Source of the DNA: Neovahlkampfia damariscottae
Lineage: Eukaryota
NCBI GenBank assembly: GCA_016618085.1
Contig: JABLTG010000104.1
Span: 50,379 to 70,378 of the forward strand
Reading direction: 5' to 3'
Length of the DNA stretch: 20,000 nt
Below are positions 11,201-20,000 of this stretch, one piece after another. Below the pieces are notes generated by a model. It worked only from the letters and a program-made list of their open reading frames with translations. It ran no database searches and was not told the origin of the DNA. Each line of letters starts with the position of its first letter. The first letter of the stretch is position 1. Made by a program: the position numbers and the translations under genes.

Positions 11201-13159
11201 ATGACGGATATCAATGAAAAATTAAATTTTTTTATTCTTGATTCAGACACACAAATTGGAGACCCAGAAAATCTTCTTCTTGAAGATTCATCAGTTTGGG
11301 AAAGCTCAAAAGAAAATAATTCAACAATCTCCTTTTCACTTCACGAAGAAGAACAAGAACAAGAAAAAGAAGAAGAAGAAGAAGCCCTTGAAGAAGAAAA
11401 AGAAGAAGAATTGATTTCTATTGAGTCAAAACCATCTGCTTTTATTTTAAAAGAATTAGAAGTTGTTGTACCAAAAAACTCAAAAAATTCAGTTTCCACA
11501 GGTCTTTTATGGGTTATGAATGGTTTAGACTTTTTTTTATTTTAAAAAATTATAGAAAAACCTGATTTTAAACTTCTTGCTTCTTTTGACTTTTGCACTG
11601 AAAAAATTTTTAAAAGTTTAAAACATGAATCAGAAAGTGAACCTGTTTTATTTTTTGAAATGAAAAAAGAAAAACAAACATTTAAATTAGAAAAACCAGC
11701 AATTGGTAGATATCTCATCATTAGTAAAAAAAAAAAAAAAAAAAATTAAAAAAAACAAAGAATGTATTGAATCAATTGGAGATAAAACTGAAATTCAACA
11801 ATTAAATTTTATTGGTAGTGTGGTACCAAAAGAACAATTCATTAAAGTTGGAGGAAAAAAAACTATTTTCGATTTAATTTCTAGTTTAAAATTAACTTTG
11901 AATGATAAAAAATATTCCGATTTGACAATAACTATTGGAAAAAAACAATTTTATTGTCATAAACTTATTTTATCACAATGGTAATGATATTGAATTATTA
12001 ATCATTTAGTTCAAAATTAAATTTGAATCAATCCGAAATTAAAGTTGAAAATATAGAAGAAGTTGTTTTTTCAAAAATACTTGATTTTTTATATACTGGA
12101 TCAATTGAAGTTTCTAAAGATAATAATGATATTTATTTAAAATCAGCTAATATTTTAGGATGTCAACCACTTTCATTAACATGTTTTGAATTTTTATCAA
12201 ATTCAAACCAATCAAATATCTGTCAACTTTTAATGGATGGAAAAAATGGAAAATTTGGTGAAGTTGATGTTGATGGATTAGTAAACAAATGTGTTAAAGT
12301 AATTTCCAAAAAATGTGAAGAAATTTTTAAATCAGATGATTTCTTAAATCTTGATTCAGAAGTCATACTTTCAATTTTAAAATCATCTGATATTGATATT
12401 GATGAACTTTCTATTTTTAATGCAATCATAAAATGGGGAAAAAATCAACAAAAGAAAACAAACAAAGAGTTGAATGAAATTTTAAAAGATTTAATTTTAC
12501 AAGTTCGATTACCATTAATTTCATCAGAAGATTTAATTAAAATTGTTAAACCAACCAAATTAGTACCATTCGATTCTTATTTACATGCATTGGAATATCA
12601 TGTAGCACCAGAAGATGTTAAACCAATTGGAATTCAATTTAAAGCAAGAGGTTCAAATTCAACAAAATTCAAATGGGATATTACAACAGGTGGAAATCAA
12701 CAATGTTTTACTTTATCAAATTCAAATTTAACAGTAAAAAAAATTAGTGGTGGATCAACATGGAATAATGCGATGATATATGGAAATAAACCATTAAAAA
12801 GTGGAAAACATTATTATGAATTGAAACTTGATCATACAGCAAGTGATAAAAGTGGTTTTGCAATTGGATTATCAAAAGATAAAAAATTAAAACAAAAATA
12901 TAGTAAAGATATGGTTATTGGTATGTCAGGTTATCAATATAATTTATCTGGTACAAATGGATCATCAAATAAAGCAGGAGATGTTATTGGAGTTCTTGTT
13001 GATTTTGGAAGATCAAAAGTATACTTCTTTATTAATGGAAAGAAATGTGGATCTGAAGGTCTTTTACAATCAGGTACAGAATATTGGCCATGTGTTCATC
13101 TTTATTATGTGAATGATCAAACAACACTTTCATTCCCTTCAACTATTCCAAAAGTATAA
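11201..13159 (+). CDS. BTB/POZ-BACK-SPRY domain protein (putative Cullin-3 adaptor; 3 introns)
   Basis: BTB: YSDLTITIGKKQFYCHKLIL...FSKILDFLYTG. BACK: FLNLD...DELSIFNAIIKW...VRLPLI. SPRY: GKHYYE...GDVIGVLVDF...FFINGK...YWPCV. Confidence 0.9.
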
Positions 13160-13171
13160 AAAATGATTTAT

Positions 13172-14326
13172 TTAACAATTTTGTAATTTTAAATTTGTTT
13201 TGATTGTCTCTAAAGAAAAAGCAGAGACACCACCATCACCATGAACTGTGAAGAATGCTCCTGCATTAAATTCACCGAATACATTTTGTGTTAATGTTAC
13301 ACCATCTGTATTTGCTGTGAATGCTCCTACAAATGAACCAATATGTTCAAATGATATTCTATCAAAAATATGAAATATTGATCTAAATTTATGTTGATCT
13401 ACCATTATCCAATAACCTTTTCCATTTGAACATTGTAATAAAGCAAAACCCTCTGGTTCTTCAATAAATACACCTTCACCAAATGTTTTAATATATTTTC
13501 CATCTAAAGAATAAATTCTTATCCCTAGATGTTTTTGCATTTCATCTGCAATTAAAATGTGATCATATGAACGATCTATAATTATTGATTCTACTTTGTA
13601 CAATATTCCATTTCCTTTAGTTTCTCCAAATGAATTTACTAAATCAATTTGTTTCTTTTTTAAATCAACTTTAAAATGTTTAACTCTTTTGTTCAATGAA
13701 GAAAGTGGTGGTATTTTGGAAAATTTCATTTTTTTCTTTTTTTTTGAAAATTCTGCTTCCATATAATTATCTGTTACATAAATATGATGAATTCCATTTT
13801 CGTCTTTGAATGAATCAATTCCATATGGTCTTTTTAAAAAATGAGATGGTGATTTTAATATTGTTTTGAATTTTGGAAGTGAAACAAAATGAATTAAATG
13901 AGAATCTCTTTCAACAACAGCTATGATATTTGAATCAGGCAACAGAACTATTCTAAAAAGAACATTTGTAATTAAAAATGAAGTATTATTTACCCATTTG
14001 GTCGTTTTAAATTTAAATGTGATATTTTTTTAATTAAAGAACCATCTACAGCACTGTAAACAATTAACTCATTTGTCGCTTTTGCTGTTGCTATTATCCA
14101 ATCTTTTTGAAAATATTAAAAACATATTTTTGAAATTACTTAGATCTTTTTGATTCCAGTATGTGATAGAATCCACATTATGTTCTCTGCTTGTTCCTGA
14201 AGTGTAAAAAGTTTCTGTGATTTGTCTTCGCACCAATACTTTCTTGAAAATAACTTGGAATACAATCATTAAAACACCAAGAAACAGTATTAATTTTACT
14301 AAATATGATTGAATGGTTTCTGCCAT
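13172..14326 (-). CDS. Beta-propeller phytase-like (NHL-repeat) protein with N-terminal membrane anchor (2 introns)
   Basis: ATG 14326 is followed by a TM segment (LILFLGVLMIVFQVIF). Motifs NVDSITYW, WIIATAK, RPNGI, VVERD, YVTDNY, VESI, IADE, EPEG, FHIFDR and NTDGV.LTQ...F..G.FF.VHGD resemble bacterial beta-propeller phytases. Confidence 0.72.
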
Positions 14327-14389
14327 TTTTGTGAGTAATTTGGGTGTTAATAAAGAATTGTCCAATCAAAATAATCTCATTAAAATGAT

Positions 14390-15370
14390 TTATTTTTTAA
14401 ATTTTGACCAATATTCGTGCATATCCAAAGCAACAATACAAGAATCTCTGACAGGTTCTACTTTATCTTTTTGATATTCTTTTAAAATTTTTAATGATTT
14501 CTCATCACAAATAGCACCTAAAGCTTCGGCTGCTTCATGTCTCACCATAGGATGTTCCTCTTCATCCATTAAAACTTCATGTAATGCGTCAGAAGATTCT
14601 TCTTTCTCTAATTGACCTAAAACAAACGCAACTATGATAAAAATGTCAAACAATATTATTTCATTCACAAACCTTCGTGTTTAAAGAGAGCACCTTCTTT
14701 TTTTGAAAAACCTTTACATAATATTTTTAAAGCATCTAAGTCATTATTTTCTTGAATTTTATTTCTCAATGCAAACATTGCTCTGTATTTTTGAGTGAGT
14801 GTTTCATTTTCGTCTAAAAATATTTTTGCCAATTCATCATTTGAATATACTTTTTTAAAAGGTGGAATTGGATCTACACTTTGAAATTCACCAGAAACAC
14901 ATTCTGTTCTATTGAAATCTTCAATTCTCTTTATGGCTAATTCACAGGTTTCACGAACTTCTCTATTCTCATCTTTTAAAAATTCTGTCAAAATTTTGAT
15001 TGATTCCAATTTTCCAATAGCACCAAGTGATTCTTTTCAATTTTAAAAATATTTTGTTGATTATTTTACCAGCTGCTTCATGTCTGACCATACAATCTTC
15101 ATTTTTATCTGCTAAAAGTTTTTCTAATGTTGGAATTGCACTAAAATCACCAATTTGACCCATCACATATGCAATTTCATGTTTTAGAAGAGCTGAATCT
15201 GATATGAGTCCTCTAATCAACTCTTTTACTGCTTTATCTTTTTTTTCATGTGCTCTCAATTTCCATAGTACTCTAGTTTTTTCAGTTAACGACACTTTTT
15301 TGTCTTCAAGTAAATTTCCGAGGTCTTCAATTTTTAATACATCAAGTTCAGTTTGTTTTGTTGTACTCAT
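14390..15370 (-). CDS. DOHH: Deoxyhypusine hydroxylase (2 introns)
   Basis: Four HE motifs in HEAT-like repeats: [50 protein letters not shown]. Also SVDP and RETCELA. Confidence 0.96.
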
Positions 15371-15398
15371 TTTATTGGTCAATTCGTTAGAAAGTGAA
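15371..15398. promoter_or_regulatory. 28-nt divergent spacer with ATTGGTC (CCAAT box)
   Basis: Lies between the DOHH ATG (15370, -) and the phosphorylase ATG (15399, +). ATTGGTC at 15374-15380. Confidence 0.65.
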
Positions 15399-16442
15399 AT
15401 GTCTGAAAAAGAAACTGTGAAAAAGTCTGGACAAATATTTGGTTCTGAATTTCCAAAAACTGAAGAAGGAAAAACTTACCATGTTATGGTAAAAAAAGGC
15501 GAAGGTAAATTAAACACTTTTCAAACTCTTTAGTCGCAAATAGAGTGATCTGTGTTGGTAAAATATCTGTTTTATAGCAGTTTTAATTGTCTTAGGTGAT
15601 TTGGCAAGAGCAAAAAAGTTTTGTAAGTGACAATTTTCGGTTAATTTTTCTTCATATTAAAGCTTTAAATTTTGACGACCAAACAAAAGTATTTGAAAAT
15701 TTATCGACAAGAGGTTATTTGACGTTAACAGGTACATATAAAAATGTTCCAGTTTCTATTGTCGGTATTTTTTTATTTTTTTTGACAACTACAAGGTGTT
15801 GGTATGGGTGTGCCAATGATTGATATGGCTATTCGTGAATTATCGGCAGTTGTAGATGGTAAAATGGCATTTATTAGAATTGGTACATGTGGAACACCTT
15901 TTGATGAAGCAAAATGTGGTGATATTGTTTGTCATGAAAGTTCAGTTATGATTTCAAGAAATCCAAATGGATTCAGAAAGAATAGTGAAGAACCATGTTA
16001 TTTAATTTCTGAACCTGTTGATGCTTCTCAAGATATTTGTGACAAAGTAACATTTTTTTAACTTTTTTATTTTCAATACAAGTTATTTGATAATGCAAAA
16101 GATATGTTTGGTGAAAAATCAGTTCATAAAGGAATGAATGGAACAGCATGTTCATTTTATTCTTCACAAGGAAGAGTAACATCAGAATTTGATGATAGAA
16201 ATTCACAATTAGTTGATAAACAATTATTAGGGAAATATCCAAACGTAAAATCACTTGAAATGGAAACATTTCATTTATTTGATTTAGCAGAATGTTCTAA
16301 AGGCAAAATAATTGCTGGTAGTGCATGTTTAATTTTAGCACAAAGAAAATCAGGATTATTTATTGATTTAGAATTAAAAGCTGAAAGAGAAACTAAATTA
16401 GGAAAAGTTGCACTTGAATCTATCATTAAAGTTGATATTTAA
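15399..16442 (+). CDS. Uridine/nucleoside phosphorylase (PNP_UDP_1 family; 5 introns)
   Basis: Spliced product has GKTYH, GEVANRVICVGDLARA, RGYLTLTGTYKNVPVSIVGVGMGVPMID..IRE, IRIGTCG, SFYSSQGR and LEMET. Confidence 0.92.
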
Positions 16443-16484
16443 AGGAGTAATAAATTTATTTTTTATTTGTTTCTTTTTGTCACC

Positions 16485-18292
16485 TCATTGTTGTTTTTGA
16501 TATTTTGATTTCATTGAGCTAGGTTGTGTGTTTGATGGTTTTGATTTTGAGTTTTGATTTCTATTTCTTTGTTTTGGAATATTAAAGAAATCAATTGAAT
16601 AATCAAATTTTTCATCAATTTCAGGTAATTTCTTTGTAATTGGATTCGTGAACACATTTAAATTTCCTTTTAACATTTGAATATTTTCAAATTCATCTGA
16701 TTTATTTTTAATAATTTTTTGAATTAAAATTAATTGTTCTAAACATTCTTTTGAATCTAAAATATTTGATAATTGTGAATCAATTAACATTCTTATCCAT
16801 AATAATGTATTTTTAGTTGAGTAATCTAAAAATAAACATTTTTTTAAAAATTTAAATAAACAAAGAGTTTGTTGTATTGAGAATGACATGAAATATTTAG
16901 TCATTAAAATATCATTAAAATTATAATTTATCATTGTTTTTCTATTTCCTTTTTTAATTTAATATTTTTTCTTACAAAAATGATTCAATTGGTCCTTCTC
17001 CTTTTTGTTTTTTTAATTTATTTTCTTCAATATTAAAAATAAAATGAATTAAAATAACTAATTTTGATTCTGAAATATCTAAAACATATAGAAAACAATT
17101 CATTAATAAATTCTAGAAAAAGAGTTATTTAAAAATTAAAAATTACTATTTGTTCTTTTTCAATTAACGTTTCAATGATTGGAACATTTTTACTTGAAAT
17201 TTGTTTTGTTTCTAGTAATATTTTTAATTCATCCCAATCTTCGTTATTTAAAGCTTTCATAGTTTTTGTATTTAAATCTTCTTCTTTTTGTTTCTCTTGT
17301 AATGAATTATCATCATTTAAAATAAATTTCTTAATTTCAAAATTCTTTGTTAAATAATTTTGATTGTTTTTTTTTGATTTAATGATAAAAGAACTTGTAA
17401 TATTTTCTAAAATATATGGTATTTTAATAATATCGGAATTTGATAAAACAACAAAAATATCATTTTCTCCAAATTCAAATGACTTGAAAATGTAAATAAT
17501 TTAACTAAATTCTTACTAATATTTTATGTTCAAATTTAACTTCATTCAAAAACATCATTTTTTCAGTTTCCCAAATGGTCAAATCTGCAACGAAATTTAA
17601 AGAAATATTTTCAAACTATTTTCAAATGAAATACCCAATAAACTTTTAAATGTTTTTAATGAATTTGGTTTGTTTGTTAATAATCCAATTTTTTCATTAA
17701 ATTTATTTAAATTTAATTTCTTATCAACAATAAATTTCAAATTTTCATCAAAAGTTAATAATTGTTGAAATTCAACATTTTGAATTAAATTTAATTCAAA
17801 TGATTCATTTAAAGTATAATATTGAACTGATGATTGAAATAACAATGATACTTCAAATTCATTAATCACACCAAATTTTAAATGTTTACTTTTTATCATT
17901 AATTTATATTGAATTTACTGTTCAAATGATTGTTTTTCATTTAATTTATCATCTAATAAAACAAATCCGTTTTGATGAAATAAAACAAATTGACGAAAAA
18001 ATGTTCCAACGTTGATGATGGAAAATGAATATTTTTTTGATATTGTATCATGACCATTTGATTTCCAAATTTGAATAGTATCATTTGAAACTGATGAGTA
18101 CATATCTAAACTTGAATGATAACGAGTTTTTAAAGTTGGTTGTTTTGTAGACAGTTTTGTTTCTTCTTTTGTTTTCACATCTATGATGGATGTATACTTT
18201 TTTTGTGAAATTAAAATTGAGTTTTTTGCTATATCTAAACCAATTAATCCTGATTTTGTTGTGAAAAATTTTTGTGTTTCAGCGATTTTCAT
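16485..18292 (-). CDS. Probable NOL11/Utp8-like nucleolar protein (5 introns)
   Basis: A continuous spliced frame runs from ATG 18292 to TGA 16485. The N-terminal half is beta-rich. The C-terminal DISESKLV, LLWIRMLIDSQ and YSIDFFNI segments resemble the NOL11/Utp8 C-terminus. Confidence 0.55.
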
Positions 18293-18370
18293 TTTGGATA
18301 CTACAAACAAAATGATTGGTCAAAAAATTGGTTCTTATTGTGAATAAACAAAGAGGACAGTGAATAAAAA
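18293..18370. promoter_or_regulatory. 78-nt divergent spacer with two ATTGG boxes
   Basis: ATTGGTC at 18315-18321 and ATTGG at 18327-18331, between the NOL11-like and LYR genes. Confidence 0.6.
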
Positions 18371-18780
18371 ATGGATCCAAAGTTGTTTAAATATTTAAAT
18401 GAGGCCTTTAGGAAAAGAGAAGCAATAAAATTGTACAGAGAAATATTAAAAACAGCAAAAATGTTCACGTGGGAAGATGAAAGAGGTTTCTTTCAATTTA
18501 TTAAAGAATTCTAGGTGTAAAATGGTCAGAATTAATAAAAATGTCAGCAAGAGAAGAATTTGAATCTTCAAAACAAGAAAATGATCCAGAAGTTTTAGCA
18601 AGAGCAATGGTTAATGCTCAAATGGCGTTAACTGATTTACAGGGCAAAGTTTGTTTTAATTTTATTTTAAAATTATAGTTCAAAGAGCAACAAGAAAAAT
18701 TGAAAGCAGAACAATTCAAAAAAGATGAAGAATTGAAAAGAAATATAAATATGACAAGAGTTACATCAAAATATGAATGA
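18371..18780 (+). CDS. LYR-motif (Complex1_LYR) mitochondrial protein (2 introns); missed by ORF track
   Basis: MDPKLF...REAIKLYREILKTAKMFTWEDERGVKWSELIKMSAREEFE...DPE; ends KYE-TGA at 18780. Confidence 0.88.
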
Positions 18781-19133
18781 TAAAATTTTTTCAACGAAAA
18801 AGAGTTTCTAGTTCATTTGCATTCTTCCAATCTATAATCAGGTACAAATAGTTAAGATAAAGAAACCTATTCATATAGAAAAATTAATTTGGATTGTGCA
18901 AAACATTCCAAGTTTGTTTTCTGAAAAATTTCTGTTTTAATTTCCAAAAACAAAGAAAGGTATGTTACGGTAGAACAGGAGAATTACAAATTAGAACCTA
19001 TACATAGAATTATCATACTCAATAAATTCATGAATATCATCTGATATTTCTTTGTTCACAAGTTTACCAAAATTTGTAAATATTCACCATTTTTTGAATT
19101 TTCAACTTTTTATTGGTGGATCAAAAACATCAA

Positions 19134-19823
19134 ATGAAAGAATTTTTCAAAGATACTTTCAAATCAAAAAGAACCTTTCTTAAAATAATTACAGAAAACC
19201 ACGAAGGTATTAAAACAACATTTGGAAAGTATAAATCTACAGTTGGTTTAATTCCTTGCAACCCATCAAATTAATGGAAAATCAACTTGATGGAATGATA
19301 CGTTCTAAATCGGCTGAAATGTCACTTGAAAATGTATTTCAATGTGTAGCACCAATAAGTGAAACTCAATTGGAAACAGTTAAAACAACAGTCAAAAAAT
19401 ATGGCTTTGTCATGAAAGAATTGGTACTATATGACGTTGTTCCTGATGCAGATGTTCAAAAAGCTATGAATGATGTTATTATTGGCCGAAAGAAAAAAAC
19501 AAAAATCTATTCTTGAATCAGAAGCATATAAAATTGATATTGTAAACAGAGCAGAAGGTGATAAAGAAAAATTGAAATTAAAAGGAGAAGCACTTGCTTT
19601 AATGAGAGAAGCAATTGCAAATGGTCAAGAAGAAAGTATCAATATCATCACAGAAAAACTGGGAATTTCAGCTGAAGATGCGATGAATTACTTATCTAAA
19701 ATAATGCAAATTGATGCTTTAAAAGAACTTAGTGGACCAGAAAATACCAAGATTGTGTTTTATCCATTGAATAACAAAAATATGACAGATTTGATGAGCA
19801 GAGAAATTCTAAAACAAGAATAA
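19134..19823 (+). pseudogene. SPFH/band-7 (HIR/stomatin-like) gene, apparently disrupted
   Basis: MKEFF...EGIKTTFGKY is followed by an in-frame TAA at 19272-19274. SPFH similarity resumes in another frame (IRS..AEMSLENVF, YGF...LYDVVPDADVQKAMN). An extra G at ~19484 shifts the frame before AERKKQKSILESEA...RAEGDKE..KLKGEALA..REAI.NG. Confidence 0.72.
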
Positions 19824-19873
19824 AATTTTTTTCAAACTCATAAAATATATTTTTGGGTTTGGCCAAAACTTAT

Positions 19874-19948
19874 GGGTTTTGGGTTTTGGGTTTTGGGTTT
19901 TGGGTTTTGGGTTTTGGGTTTTGGGTTTGGGTTTGGGTTTGGGTTTGG
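19874..19948 (+). repeat. Telomere-like tandem array (GGGTTTT)7(GGGTTT)4GG, internal
   Basis: Read directly from the sequence. Non-repeat sequence follows from 19949. Confidence 0.95.
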
Positions 19949-19959
19949 TCGAGAAAAGG

Positions 19960-20000
19960 ATGAACATCATCAACCAAGAAAAAAAACAAAGTTGGGAATG
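19960..20000 (+). CDS. Possible 5' end of next gene (MNIINQEKKQSWE...)
   Basis: ATG 11 nt after the repeat and open to the window edge; only 13 codons are visible. Confidence 0.3.
   Translation, partial: MNIINQEKKQSWE

Noticed and set aside
11344..11410. GAA-rich repeat
   Set aside because: It simply encodes a poly-Glu tract within the CDS.
13715..13760. Lys-rich insert (AEFSKKKKKMKFSK) in the phytase-like gene as a non-canonical intron
   Set aside because: There is no GT donor and the frame is open; it is more simply a loop insertion.
8038..16442. Operon-like or HGT island of bacterial-looking enzymes (kinase, AtuA, phytase, phosphorylase)
   Set aside because: The genes are on mixed strands, contain introns, are interleaved with core eukaryotic genes, show no obvious compositional shift and share no pathway.
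4922..17357. Antisense or alternative-frame ORFs (4922-5116, 5152-5427, 8493-8678, 9872-10093, 10324-10545, 12223-12429, 12918-13112, 14178-14369, 15973-16269, 17175-17357)
   Set aside because: They overlap well-supported genes on the other strand or frame and show no motifs.
1..18780. Fragmented ORFs suggesting pseudogenes, frameshifting or an alternative genetic code
   Set aside because: Every break examined is explained by a canonical short GT-AG intron that restores the frame. TAA and TGA act as true stops.
19874..19948. True chromosome end or CRISPR array
   Set aside because: Unique sequence continues after the array, and the units are 6-7 nt with no spacers.

Overview
Very AT-rich, gene-dense eukaryotic (protist-like) nuclear DNA. 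It uses the standard code (TAA/TGA stops) and has many tiny GT-AG spliceosomal introns (mostly ~29-45 nt), which fragment the supplied ORF track. Manual splicing gives 15 genes: BEACH/neurobeachin-like (partial), CHCHD2/Mix17-like, an ER ankyrin protein ending NDEL, an acidic hypothetical protein, SRP19, AMPK gamma, a YFH7-like P-loop kinase, AtuA-like, a twin-CX9C protein, BTB-BACK-SPRY, a beta-propeller phytase-like protein, DOHH, uridine phosphorylase, NOL11/Utp8-like and a LYR protein. These are followed by a broken SPFH/band-7 gene and an internal (GGGTTTT)7(GGGTTT)4 telomere-like array with fold-back hairpins, directly upstream of a new ATG. The clearest window-wide patterns are a CCAAT/ATTGG(A/T)C box near every start codon, divergent spacers as short as 28 nt, convergent genes abutting with 0-12 nt gaps, and A-rich introns lacking polypyrimidine tracts. 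No complete novel multi-gene system can be demonstrated from the sequence alone; the right end (18.8-20 kb) is the best candidate. All product calls come from motif recognition by eye, not database searches.
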